Shown here: positions 19,836 through 29,886 of the stretch, one piece after another
Numbering within the stretch: position 1 is the first letter of the stretch
Layout: every line of letters starts with the position of its first letter
From: Limisphaerales bacterium
GTDB lineage: Bacteria; Verrucomicrobiota; Verrucomicrobiia; Limisphaerales; CAZKNW01
Assembly (NCBI GenBank): GCA_965658675.1
Contig: CBFHTT010000037.1
Location: forward strand, 16,425-80,424
Reading direction: 5' to 3'
Length of the DNA: 64,000 bases
Position numbers and translations under genes: made by a program
The notes under the pieces: generated by a model
What the model was told of the DNA's origin: nothing
The model's database searches: none
The model's input: the letters and a program-made list of their open reading frames with translations, nothing else

Positions 19836-19955
19836 ATGAAATCAAATTTCACAGATGAAGATGCCCCAAGGCATCTGGCACTGAAGGTGACACTGACTGT
19901 GCTCTGTGCCTTCGCAGCCGGGTTGGCGACGATGTGGGCCTTTGGCGTGATCTGA
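19836..19955 (+). CDS. Putative 39-aa single-pass membrane small protein (below ORF-track cutoff)
   Basis: MKSNFTDEDAPRHLALKVTLTVLCAFAAGLATMWAFGVI*; fills intergenic gap, TTGACA at 19802 and GAGGAG at 19815 upstream. Confidence 0.6.
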   Translation: MKSNFTDEDAPRHLALKVTLTVLCAFAAGLATMWAFGVI

Positions 19956-19961
19956 TGGCGC

Positions 19962-21266
19962 TCAGGCGATCAACTCGTCGATGACGTAGCCATCACTCAA
20001 AGCGATCGGACGCCCTACGTGGGTCATGATCTCCTTGTCGGGGTCCAAGCCGTGAAGGTGCTGGACCGTTGCATGCACGTCCTGGACTCGAATAGGGAAT
20101 TCGGGTTCTTTCTTTTCTCCTGTTGGGTCTGTAGATCCAAAGACTTTTCCTCCTTTGAAGCCTCCGCCAGCCACGGCCATGGAAAAGGCGTGAGGCCAGT
20201 GATCTCGTCCGTCGAGTGCATTGACCTTGGGCGTTCTTCCGAATTCTCCACCACACAACACAACCGTGCTGTCCAATAGGTCTCTGGCTTTCAGGTCCTT
20301 GATCAGGGCGGAGAAGGCGGGGTCGAGAATGGATATCTTTTCACCCTGACCTTCCTTGTTGTTCACGTGTGTGTCCCAACCGTTCAATGTGACTTCAACG
20401 CAACGGACACCGGACTCGATCAATCGGCGTGCTGCGAGACAGCCCCGGCCGAAGGCTGTGTCACCATAGGCGGCTCGTTCTGCAGCCGTGGCTTCGCTGA
20501 CATTAAACGCCTTCAACTGATCGGAGGTCATCATCTCCAGTGCTTTCTGAATCGTTGTCTGATGAAGGGTCTTACCGGTCTCCAGATCAGGCAATCGGCC
20601 TCTTGCAAACTGCTTTTCAAGAATGGACAGGCTGTCCAAGCGCTTGCGTTGGCGATCGGCTTCGACCTTGGTGGAGACATCGGGAACCGGCTTGTTTGGG
20701 TCGCCTACTTGAAACGCATCAAACTGAGATCCCAGATAGCCGCCTCTTGCCGGCCACTGATCGGGGAGAATGGAAATGTGTGTCGGGATCTCGATAGCGG
20801 GGTTGGGAAGCTCGTGACTGAGAATGGCGCCAATGCTTGGGTGCTTGATGGCAGGGTTTGGACGGTAGCCTGTCTTTACGTTGTAGGAGGCGCGCTCGTG
20901 ATCTCCCTCAAGGCTGGTGACTGAGCGGATCAATGAGACGTGTTCCATCACCTCTGCTGTCTGTGGCATGCCTTCAGCAATCTTGATTCCCTTCACGCTG
21001 GTAGGGATGGCTTTGGTGCCGTCGGATATCGCAGTCCCCGGATGCGGATCAAAAGTCTCCAACTGGCTTGGACCACCGGCCATCCATAGAATGATCACAG
21101 ACTTGGCCGGGCCCTTTCTTTTCTCAGCGTCCACTGCCAATAATTGTGAAATGGGCGTCAGCCATGCCAGTCCTCCAGCACCTGCTGCCTTGAGAAGCGT
21201 GCGGCGACTGAAATGTGTCTGGGTGCCGCAGCCTGATGGATGGGTCTTCTTGTTCAGTGGTTCCAT
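19962..21266 (-). CDS. DUF1501 domain protein with Tat-like signal
   Basis: SRRTLLK, WMAGGPSQLETFDP, GRGCLAARRL.E.GVR, GWDTH, GEFGRTP..N...GRDHW. Confidence 0.9.
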   Translation of the reverse strand: MEPLNKKTHPSGCGTQTHFSRRTLLKAAGAGGLAWLTPISQLLAVDAEKRKGPAKSVIILWMAGGPSQLETFDPHPGTAISDGTKAIPTSVKGIKIAEGMPQTAEVMEHVSLIRSVTSLEGDHERASYNVKTGYRPNPAIKHPSIGAILSHELPNPAIEIPTHISILPDQWPARGGYLGSQFDAFQVGDPNKPVPDVSTKVEADRQRKRLDSLSILEKQFARGRLPDLETGKTLHQTTIQKALEMMTSDQLKAFNVSEATAAERAAYGDTAFGRGCLAARRLIESGVRCVEVTLNGWDTHVNNKEGQGEKISILDPAFSALIKDLKARDLLDSTVVLCGGEFGRTPKVNALDGRDHWPHAFSMAVAGGGFKGGKVFGSTDPTGEKKEPEFPIRVQDVHATVQHLHGLDPDKEIMTHVGRPIALSDGYVIDELIA

Positions 21267-22909
21267 GAGAATTCCGTAGCGTTGATGAGTGCCCAACAGA
21301 TGTCCTGCATTGCTTGTCCGCGTTCGTCTCCCTTCAGTCCCTCGAGAGTCGGTGCGAAGTGTTGGAGTTCCTCCATTGAAGGCAGACGTGTGAGAAGTGT
21401 GAGATAGGCAACCCGGACCGCCTCTTCGTCGTTGATGGCAAGGGCACCTATGCGTGTGGCTGCGTTGCCGACCATGTTGTTTCCGGTGCGCTTGTCAACG
21501 AGCTCACCGTTCATGAGCAGCAGGCGTTGAGGAATGGTTCCTGAGCTTTCGCCAAATTCATCTTCACCCATGTCTCCATAGCGTTTGAGGAATTCGCTCG
21601 TCTGTGTGAAGCGGGTGATCCGGGAAATGACGTGTGAGCCAGCGTCAATCGTTGAGAGCGAGGATGATTGGATCACGGCTCCAGCAACCTGATCTGGACG
21701 GAGCCGGGTCAGAGGGAAGGTGGCGTAGGTCTCTTCGTGTTGTTGAGTGATGACCTGATCAGGATCGGCAGAGCGGCTGTCCAATTGGAACGGGCGTGAA
21801 CTGACGATCAGTCGAATGAGTCTTTGGAGATCGTATCCGTGTTGGATGAGGTCATCCGTTAGAATATCCATTCCCACCGGATAAGGTCCTTCGAGTGGGA
21901 TGTCATCGATCGGACTGATCAAGGGCTGGTTGAAAAGCATGGCCCAGATGCGGTTGACGGTGGTGCGGGCGAAGGCCTTGTTCTCTGGATGCGTCACCCA
22001 TGAGGCCAGTCGTTCACGTGGACCACCTTCTTCCGGAAGCAGCTTTGACTGAAACGGGACGACTTGAGGGACGGGCGCTTCTTCTGATTTACCTTTGTAA
22101 CGATATTCGTAGTTCACCTTTTCATTATCGCGGATGCCGGTGATTGAGACTTCTGCATTGGCGAAGAAGGAAGCCAGTTGATGGAAGTCCTCCTGTTTCC
22201 AGCGATCGCCCATCTTGTCATCGTGGCATTGGACGCAATCGATCCGGACACCCAGAAACGCCCTCGTGAGTCTGGAGGCGAGTTTGACTTCATCGGGGCC
22301 TTTCTTGTCGTTGTTCTGATCGATGGAGACGGTGATGAAATTGACTTCAGGCTTGGACGTCCAAATGCCATCGGATTGGATTAGGGATCTGCAGAGCTGA
22401 TCGTAAGATGTATTTTCATGAAACTGGTCTGAGATCCATTCAGTCAGGCGGCGTCGACGGTATTGGAGAAAGGGGCCTGCCTCTGTCCCTACGAAGACAC
22501 GAGTGAAACGCTCAGCGAGATAGTCCGCACTGCGACGATCTTCAAGCACGTGACTCAACCACCATTGCACCTGGTTTTCTTCTGGCTGCATGTCCAGTGC
22601 CTTCAATTCCTGATAGGAGGGGACGGTGCCTGTCAGAGCGAGGGAGATTCGGCGTGCGATGGTATAGTTGTCAGCCGGAGCCGATGGACTGAGCGCGTGA
22701 TGAGTCCAGTTGGTCTTGAAGGTGTGATTTAATCCAGCCAGTGCTTCCTGAAAATCGTCTGTAGGTTGAAAGGGAGTCGATACGGCGGGAACCTCGTGAG
22801 GTCTGAAGAACTGACCTGCAACCACGAGCGTGGCGATCGCCATCACCAATCCATATGCCAGATTGCGAAAGGCAGGGCGTTTGGAGGACTGGTTGGATGA
22901 TTCGTTCAT
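21254..22909 (-). CDS. DUF1549/DUF1553 (PSD1) domain protein
   Basis: RRISLALTG, FLGVRIDCVQCHD, VNRIW, YDLQRLIR.I, RLRPDQ, QRLLLMNG, WALIN..EF. Confidence 0.88.
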   Translation of the reverse strand: MNESSNQSSKRPAFRNLAYGLVMAIATLVVAGQFFRPHEVPAVSTPFQPTDDFQEALAGLNHTFKTNWTHHALSPSAPADNYTIARRISLALTGTVPSYQELKALDMQPEENQVQWWLSHVLEDRRSADYLAERFTRVFVGTEAGPFLQYRRRRLTEWISDQFHENTSYDQLCRSLIQSDGIWTSKPEVNFITVSIDQNNDKKGPDEVKLASRLTRAFLGVRIDCVQCHDDKMGDRWKQEDFHQLASFFANAEVSITGIRDNEKVNYEYRYKGKSEEAPVPQVVPFQSKLLPEEGGPRERLASWVTHPENKAFARTTVNRIWAMLFNQPLISPIDDIPLEGPYPVGMDILTDDLIQHGYDLQRLIRLIVSSRPFQLDSRSADPDQVITQQHEETYATFPLTRLRPDQVAGAVIQSSSLSTIDAGSHVISRITRFTQTSEFLKRYGDMGEDEFGESSGTIPQRLLLMNGELVDKRTGNNMVGNAATRIGALAINDEEAVRVAYLTLLTRLPSMEELQHFAPTLEGLKGDERGQAMQDICWALINATEFSWNH

Positions 22910-23025
22910 GGAGTGACGTTGATTGCTTGTGATGAAGGTGACGCCATGAGTGGGGAGTGGTTACATCCCGGTGCGAGGATGAAACCGGTTGTAACCACTG
23001 GACGCAACCTTCGTCATGGAAAGGG

Positions 23026-24213
23026 ATGAGTTCATTCAGCCAATCAACGATGGAGCCGGCGGAGGAGGTGTTTCCCCCTGAATTGCCGACCGGTGAAGTG
23101 AAGGCTGATTCGATTCTGAAACGAGCATTCAAGAAAGCCGGTCGAATGCTGGACTGGGTGTTTGGGTTTGTTTCCATCATTGCTGGCGTGGCACTGCTTT
23201 CCGTTGTCCCCATTCTGAATTTTTTGAGCTTTGGCTACCTGCTCGAAGTCAGTGGAAGGATCGCAAAGAGCGGTAGATTGAGAGATGGGTTTATTGGAGT
23301 CAGAAAGGCATCTGTCTTCGCGAGTGCTGCCTTGGGAATCTGGCTGACCTTGTTCCCGATGCGTTTCGTGGCGAGCATGTGGCGCGATGCTGAGTTGATG
23401 TCTGGAGGGACGCCTGTTGCAGAAGGTTGGCGGATTGGCCTGATGGTCATCACATTATTCACGGCATGGCATATTTGTTGGGCACTGATCAGAGGTGGGA
23501 GACTGCGACACTTTTTCTGGCCCGCGCCGATCCGTTTCATGCGATGGTTGAACGAATCCCATAATCCGAGAGAGCAGGGTAGCAAGGTGATTGATTTCAT
23601 TCGGAGCCTGAACTTTCCCCACTATTTCCAATTGGGTGCCAAAGCCTTTGTCGGTGCGCTCGCCTTTCTGGTTCTGCCAGTTGGGATTTTGATCTTTGCC
23701 GGATCATTGCCTCCGGGAGGAGGTGCATTCTTTTCATTGGTGGGAGCGGCGTTGTTGGTGCCTGCGGTGCTATACCTGCCGTTTCTTCAAGCCCGCTTTG
23801 CAGTGGATGGTCAGTTCAAGACGCTGTTTGAAGTCAAGAAGGTCAGGGCCTTGTTTCGTCGGGCGCCGATTGCTTTCTGGACGGCCTTGTTGGTCACACT
23901 GCTGTTTGCGCTCCCTTTGTATCTATTGAAGATCGAGCTGCCACCCAAGGAGCTGACTTGGTTGATCAGTCTGTTGTTCGTAGCGTTCATTCTGCCGGCG
24001 CGCATGCTGACGGGGTGGGCCGTGGGACGGGCTTTACGCAGGGAGAGTGAGCGTCATTTCCTTTTCAGGTGGTCTTCCCGATTGGCTTCCATTCCCGTCG
24101 CCGGGATTTACATCCTCTTCCTCTACCTGACCCAATACCTTTCATGGAATGGATCGCTGAGCCTGTTGGAACAACACGCGTTCATGGTGCCAACGCCACT
24201 GCTGGGACTTTGA
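23026..24213 (+). CDS. Multi-pass membrane protein (DUF4013-like)
   Basis: About 8-9 hydrophobic segments; P.LN...FGYLLEV motif; start uncertain. Confidence 0.7.
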   Translation: MSSFSQSTMEPAEEVFPPELPTGEVKADSILKRAFKKAGRMLDWVFGFVSIIAGVALLSVVPILNFLSFGYLLEVSGRIAKSGRLRDGFIGVRKASVFASAALGIWLTLFPMRFVASMWRDAELMSGGTPVAEGWRIGLMVITLFTAWHICWALIRGGRLRHFFWPAPIRFMRWLNESHNPREQGSKVIDFIRSLNFPHYFQLGAKAFVGALAFLVLPVGILIFAGSLPPGGGAFFSLVGAALLVPAVLYLPFLQARFAVDGQFKTLFEVKKVRALFRRAPIAFWTALLVTLLFALPLYLLKIELPPKELTWLISLLFVAFILPARMLTGWAVGRALRRESERHFLFRWSSRLASIPVAGIYILFLYLTQYLSWNGSLSLLEQHAFMVPTPLLGL

Positions 24214-24230
24214 TGTGCCTCAGAGGAGAT

Positions 24231-25049
24231 CTACTTGATGAGCACCATGGTCACACCTTGGAAGAGGCGTTGACTGATCCTCCAGCGAAGGAAGCGGGGA
24301 AGGACTCCGATCAATGACTCTGCTGTGAGTGTGATGAAGTTGAAGAATCCACTCATGCGGGCTTTCCCAAAACGGTAGGTATACCATTTACTGAAACCCG
24401 CCTTCTTTGCCGCTGCGCCCATCTCCCGGAATGTCCATTCCTTGAAATGAAATCCCTCAGGCTCGGTGCAGAAGTGTGCTGAGATATCGTGTGGCCCTGA
24501 AAATTTGTGCGGTGTGGAAAAGATGTATTTTCCGCCAGGCTTGAGGAGTTTCTGAGCAAGTTCCAGATGGAGAGGAATATCCTCGGGGTGAATATGCTCC
24601 AGAAATTGATAACTGAAGACCACATCGCCTTTGCCCTCGGGCAGGTCCACGTTGTAGCCGTCGTAGACAATGAGGTGAAAGTTCTCCGGGTTGCTACTGG
24701 TGTCGCCGCTCTGATCTGAAATATCGATCGCATCCACGCGTTTCACGTGTTTGCAGACCTCAAATGCCAAGCGACAATCTCCCGGGGCGAATTCAATGAA
24801 GGAATCCACTCCATCAAGCTGGTCCTTCAGCAGAGACATGCGGGAAGCGACTGCCTTTCTGGAATCCTCTTCAGTATCGCGGCGGACGAGGCGGGGGTGA
24901 TCCGGTACGCGCTCAAAGAGTTCTCCATATAAGGTCATGAAGATCTCGGTCCGTTTTTCACGAGGCGTGTTGAGAAGGCGTTGCGCGAGTTCCTTTTCAA
25001 CCTCGAAATGATGGCGGACGCGTTCGATGGGGCGTGGATCAACTCTCAT
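24231..25049 (-). CDS. Class I SAM-dependent methyltransferase
   Basis: IEFAPGDC, DAIDIS, DVVFSYQFLEH, LLKPGG. Confidence 0.85.
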   Translation of the reverse strand: MRVDPRPIERVRHHFEVEKELAQRLLNTPREKRTEIFMTLYGELFERVPDHPRLVRRDTEEDSRKAVASRMSLLKDQLDGVDSFIEFAPGDCRLAFEVCKHVKRVDAIDISDQSGDTSSNPENFHLIVYDGYNVDLPEGKGDVVFSYQFLEHIHPEDIPLHLELAQKLLKPGGKYIFSTPHKFSGPHDISAHFCTEPEGFHFKEWTFREMGAAAKKAGFSKWYTYRFGKARMSGFFNFITLTAESLIGVLPRFLRWRISQRLFQGVTMVLIK

Positions 25050-25084
25050 CAGTAAGGAGACATCGGTTCAAACTGGCAGACCAG

Positions 25085-26563
25085 TTAGCGGGTCGTCGGT
25101 GAAGAATCACCTTCATCGGTCAAATTGGCAACCTCGGGCATGGGGTGTTCGACTGCTCTGCGTGCCTGACTGGTGCGTGTGGTCTTGCCTACACCACCAA
25201 GTAAAATGATTCGAACGGTATCCAGGAGGATGAAAAGGTCGAGGACCACACTCATGTGCTTCATGTATTAGAGATCCAGTTCCAGTTTCCTTCTGGCGTC
25301 ATCTACAGATGCACCATAGGGGTAATTGACCTGAGCCCATCCGGTGATGCCCGGTTGTACCAGAAGTCGCTCTCTGAAGAAGGGAATCTCCTTCGCGAGA
25401 TCATCTGTGAACTCAGGACGCTCAGGGCGGGGGCCTACGAAGGACATCTGACCTTTCAGGACGTTGAAGAGCTGTGGAATTTCATCGATCCGGTATTTCC
25501 TCAATTTGGCGCCACCCAGAATGACGCGAGGGTCTGAAGTGCCTTGAGACCATTGGGCGCCGCCGTTCTCTGCATCCAGTCCCATGGATCTGAGCTTGAT
25601 GACCTCATACGGTTTTCCGAAACGACCGCTGCGAATCTGTTTATAAAAGACTGGTCCGGGCGAAACGATTTTCACCCAAAGCATTCCCAAAAGGAGTAGA
25701 GTTCCAAGAAAGAGCAGGCCAAGGAGGGACGTGATGATATCGAAAGCACGTTTGAGTTTTCTGATGTAGAAATGGCCTGGGCCGGCGCTGGTGTTGAGGA
25801 GCCACTCAGATGTCACTAGTTCCAGAGGGACCAATTGAAACGTCTCTTCGCAGAGATTGACGAGAGGCATGACGTTTACTCCGGCATAGCGAAGGCGGCA
25901 GTACTGATTGAACAGGGCTGGGTCATCCAGACTGAAGCTGGTACAAATTACTCGGGAAATCTTCTGCTGGTCGGCGATCTCCGACAGCTCTGCAATATCT
26001 CCCAAAATGCGAACATCGTGCTTTGGTTTGTAGCCTGCGGCTGTCACCACGCCGATCAGGTCCAGATTGACTTCACTCATCCGCATGAGAATTGGCAGCT
26101 CTTTCTCGTCTGCCTCGCAGGTGAGGACGAAGGTGATGCAATCCCGGATTGCTTTGAGCCTTCGGTAAATGGAGGCGTGATGGATCAGTGTCAGCAGGTA
26201 GGCAGCAGGGACACTGACCAACATAACGCCGCGTCCGATACGTCCTGAGTAGTTGCCGTAGAACAAGGCGAACATGAACCCGATGGAAAGACAGATACTC
26301 GCATAGAGCATGAGGGATCTGCGAAATTTTCCTGAGTAAACGCTGGTGGGTTCGTAGAGCCCGAAGACGTAGTTGATGCTCGAGAAAAAGGCGGCTCCGC
26401 AAAGGATGCTGGGGGCGTATTCACCGAGCTTGAGGAAGAAATCTGCACCTTCGAACCTGACACCTGTTCCCAATACAAAGGCAGTGACAACAATTACGGC
26501 ATCCATCGCGAAGGCGAATGCCACTTGAAGCCAATGTTTACCAAAAATGCCGCCGGAACCCAT
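25085..26563 (-). pseudogene. Polyprenyl glycosylphosphotransferase (WcaJ/WbaP-like priming sugar transferase) with internal TAA
   Basis: KRAFD, KLRSM, DPRV, RIDEIPQL, SFVGPRPE, PGITGWAQV; KLELDL*YMKHMS..DLFI..T continues in frame past TAA 25268-25270 to TAA at 25085. Confidence 0.85.
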
Positions 26564-26695
26564 AAACTCGATGTTTGGACAGAAGTGTCTTAAAATGAGA
26601 CGTGATTCTGTCCACCGTGGGGCAGGATTCAAGCAGGAATCACTGCTCTTTTTGGGGGATCGGTCTTACTTGGGAAAGGAGAAGGAAGGAGTGTT

Positions 26696-28171
26696 CTACT
26701 CGGAATCATCCACGATGACGCGGATATGATCGAGAGTTGCTCCAGCATTCAGGCGAATAGATAGCTTGCGCTGATCCGGGGTAATCACGATCTGGTCTTG
26801 GGTGTCGATCGGGTCCTCAGGGGCGCCTGTTTCCAAACCGCGAGAGCCAGATATTCCCAGTCTTCGATTGATGGAACGGCTTGTATTGCCTTCGATACCA
26901 AAAATGGAGTCAGTCTGGATCAGGTCGTAGGTGCGAACAATGACACCAAGGATGGGGCGGTCAAAAGTGATGCCACCCCGGACTGCATCGTTACGGTCCT
27001 TTTCACCGATCGGATTGAACTGGATCAGGAAGCTTTTGACCTTTGTCTGCGGCGCAATGGTGGTTGTCTTCGAAAGATCAGAGAAATCGGAATGGATACC
27101 TGAGGTGCTGTAATTCACGTTCAGAGGATTCTCAAGGACAACACCTGTTTTTTCTGGAAACAGGATGATGTATTCGTCGTCCTCGTAGATATAGGGATCT
27201 ATCGGTAGGCCGGGGCGAAGGTACTGCACTTTGCCTTGGGTTTTGGCAATCCCGGTGTTCATGCGCCAAGTGCGGGTATATGGCTCCGAACGGAAGGCAA
27301 TGGTGGAAAGCCCTTTGCTCGAACTAGGAGCGATACGCATTGAATTGCCCCGTTTTAGGATTTTCCCTGCACCGCCGCGCCTGTTGTCGAATGCTTCGAC
27401 CACTCCGTCAAAGACGCTGACCTCTGTGGTTCCGGCTGGATTGACGGTGACACCAAAAGCGGTACCCAGATCTACGACGTTCATCAGGTCTGTTTCAACC
27501 CGGAAACCTGTCTGGCTTTCAGGGACATGAACCACGACCCTGCCGCGTTGAAGTCCCACAAGGCTCTCTGACACGAGATTCAGTTCAGCCGGGCCCTCCA
27601 TACTCATGGTGACACCACCTGGAGTGTTGAGCCGGACGAGTCCTGATTTAAGTTTGAGGACTCCGGAGGAAAGCCTGTCTCCCTCGTTCAGTCCGATGTG
27701 CTCTTCATGCCATTCTGCATTGCGGCTCTCGGAAATGGTGGCGACAGCACTGACACTGCGGGCCAGTGATGGAACATCACGCATGCCCAAAGCAACCCAA
27801 AGAGCAGCTGATATGGTAATCAAGCAGGCGACGAGTGCGGCGACATAGCGGTAATCAGAGCGCGGCTGCCTCTTGGCTGACAGGTCGATCACATCAGTAT
27901 CACCATCAAACCCGGCTTCCTGCTGCTCCTCATCAACCCATAGGGAAGTGACCTTGTCGTTTAGCGCATTGGCAGGGACTTCGCGGATCATCTGTTGATC
28001 ACGGCAAATCTCGATGAAGATCCGGCGCTTCAGTCCGCTGTTCTTCAGCTGTTCGTTGAGTTCCTTGAGATCTTCCCGTTTGGCTGTGCCATCGAGGTAG
28101 CGCAGGGTCAATTCAATGAACGGCTCTTCGCCCTCAGGGATCTGGAAAGAGAGAAAGACCTTGGTGTTCAC
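26696..28171 (-). CDS. FecR-domain anti-sigma factor
   Basis: GTG start overlapping sigma stop, AGGAGG RBS; TM segment; LKLKSG, EGPAEL, VVDLGTAFGV, VFDGVVE. Confidence 0.85.
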   Translation of the reverse strand: MNTKVFLSFQIPEGEEPFIELTLRYLDGTAKREDLKELNEQLKNSGLKRRIFIEICRDQQMIREVPANALNDKVTSLWVDEEQQEAGFDGDTDVIDLSAKRQPRSDYRYVAALVACLITISAALWVALGMRDVPSLARSVSAVATISESRNAEWHEEHIGLNEGDRLSSGVLKLKSGLVRLNTPGGVTMSMEGPAELNLVSESLVGLQRGRVVVHVPESQTGFRVETDLMNVVDLGTAFGVTVNPAGTTEVSVFDGVVEAFDNRRGGAGKILKRGNSMRIAPSSSKGLSTIAFRSEPYTRTWRMNTGIAKTQGKVQYLRPGLPIDPYIYEDDEYIILFPEKTGVVLENPLNVNYSTSGIHSDFSDLSKTTTIAPQTKVKSFLIQFNPIGEKDRNDAVRGGITFDRPILGVIVRTYDLIQTDSIFGIEGNTSRSINRRLGISGSRGLETGAPEDPIDTQDQIVITPDQRKLSIRLNAGATLDHIRVIVDDSE

Positions 28172-28731
28172 GAGATCCCTCCTTTTGCCAGCTTCTTCAT
28201 ACGTTTCTGAATGCATTCGCGGAGTCCGACATGAAGTCTGGCGAGTGCTTTATAAATGGTATCCACCTTACGATTGAGAATCTCTGCCACCTCGATACCA
28301 CCGAGTCCTTCGATGTATCTGAGGTTGATGATCTCTTTGCTGTAAGGGGTAAGTTTTTCGATGCAGGCCTTCAGGGCTGTGATCTTCACATGTGTCTCCT
28401 GAGGACGATCCTCTGGCCACTCCTGCTCGATCAACTCCAGGATCTCTTCGTCCAGGAGGATCGCCTGTTTGTCTTTTCTTCGGATCAGGTCAATGGCGCG
28501 GTTTCTGGCCACTCTGCGAGCCCAACGGCGGACATGGGCTTCATCATTGAAAGGATCCTTTTGCTTGAGCGCCTTGATACAGACATCTTGAAACACATCT
28601 TCAGCCATGTGCGAATCCCGGAGGATCGACGTGATGAAGGCAGTCAGCTCCATTCTGTTTTGCAGGATCAGTCTGGTGACTTCTTCCTGTTCCAGCGGAG
28701 ATGAGTCTGAATTTTGTTTCAATTCGGGCAC
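28168..28731 (-). CDS. ECF sigma-70 factor (Rhodopirellula/Verrucomicrobium type)
   Basis: AEDVFQDV, WARRVARN, ALKACIEKL, LRY, IYKALARL..GLRECI. Confidence 0.9.
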   Translation of the reverse strand: MPELKQNSDSSPLEQEEVTRLILQNRMELTAFITSILRDSHMAEDVFQDVCIKALKQKDPFNDEAHVRRWARRVARNRAIDLIRRKDKQAILLDEEILELIEQEWPEDRPQETHVKITALKACIEKLTPYSKEIINLRYIEGLGGIEVAEILNRKVDTIYKALARLHVGLRECIQKRMKKLAKGGIS

Positions 28732-28934
28732 AATGAGTAATCAGCTATTACAACTCTATCAACGGAAAGGGTCAGCCTGTATGGACATCCGACTTTGTGC
28801 AAGTGGGAGTTCGAGGGCCTTTTCACGTGTTTTCATGGGAAAACATCAGTTTCGAGAGGATTATAGCCGACCAATGTGCAGTCCCACAGCTAGTCGATTG
28901 ACAACTTGAAGTGGGTTCAAGCACTCTCCCGCGC

Positions 28935-29882
28935 ATGGCGAAATCTGGTTTAGGACGTGGACTTGGTGCTCTTTTGGGCGGACGGAGTCCTGATGCTGCT
29001 GCAGCGGAGACGCTGCGGCCGCCTGCCAGTGCCAAGGAACCAGCTACAAAGCCTTCCAAGGAAAAGCCTTCTGACGGCATCAAGAAGGTGCCTGTAGACC
29101 GCCTGTTTGCATGTGCTTTTCAACCCCGTAAGGAGTTTTCTGAGGAAGCCATTTCTGAGCTGGCTGATTCGATTTCCCGCCAAGGGCTTATCCAGCCTCT
29201 GTTGGTCAGGCCCAAAGGGGTCCGGTTTGAGATCATCGCAGGTGAACGTCGCTTTCGTGCCGCTCAGCGGGCAGGGATCAAGGAACTTCCTGTAGTGATC
29301 CGTGACGCGGATGATCAGACCGTCCTTGAGCTGGCTCTGGTGGAGAATCTTCAGCGGCAGGACCTGAATCCAATTGAGGCGGCATTGGGCTATCAGCAAT
29401 TGGTGGAACAATACAGCCTGACCCAGGAGCAGGTGGCCGAGCAAGTTGGGAAGAGCCGTGTGTCGATCGCGAATGCCATTCGTCTGTTGAAGCTTTCGCC
29501 TGAGACGCAGATTCATGTAAAGGAAGGGCGTATTTCAGTGGGGCATGCCAAAGTGGTGTTGGCGCTCAAGACCTTTGAGGAACAGAATCTGGTCGTGGAG
29601 AAAATCCTGAGGGACAATCTCAATGTCCGGGAGACCGAGGCATTGGTTCAGTCTTTCCAACAAAAGGGAAAGGCCGGTTGGTCCAAGGCTGCAGGTTCCA
29701 TTCAGTCTTCCGAAAAGGATGCCCATACGGTCAAATTGGAAGATCGGTTGAGGGAACAGTTTGGTTCCCGCGTTCTGGTCAAATATAAGAAGGGCAAGGG
29801 GGCTGTTCAGATTTCATTCAGTAACGACGAAGAGTTGGAACGTATCCTCCAAGTTTCAGGGATCGATCCAGACTCACTTTAA
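28935..29882 (+). CDS. parB: Chromosome partitioning protein ParB/Spo0J
   Basis: GLGRGLGAL, FQPRK.F, IIAGERRFRA, ENLQRQDLNPIE, HTH VGKSR..IAN.IRLL. Confidence 0.95.
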   Translation: MAKSGLGRGLGALLGGRSPDAAAAETLRPPASAKEPATKPSKEKPSDGIKKVPVDRLFACAFQPRKEFSEEAISELADSISRQGLIQPLLVRPKGVRFEIIAGERRFRAAQRAGIKELPVVIRDADDQTVLELALVENLQRQDLNPIEAALGYQQLVEQYSLTQEQVAEQVGKSRVSIANAIRLLKLSPETQIHVKEGRISVGHAKVVLALKTFEEQNLVVEKILRDNLNVRETEALVQSFQQKGKAGWSKAAGSIQSSEKDAHTVKLEDRLREQFGSRVLVKYKKGKGAVQISFSNDEELERILQVSGIDPDSL

Positions 29883-29886
29883 TTTC

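Noticed and set aside
25268..25270. Stop-codon recoding in the sugar transferase
   Set aside because: The codon is TAA at a conserved Tyr, and TAA ends many other genes here; mutation or error is simpler.
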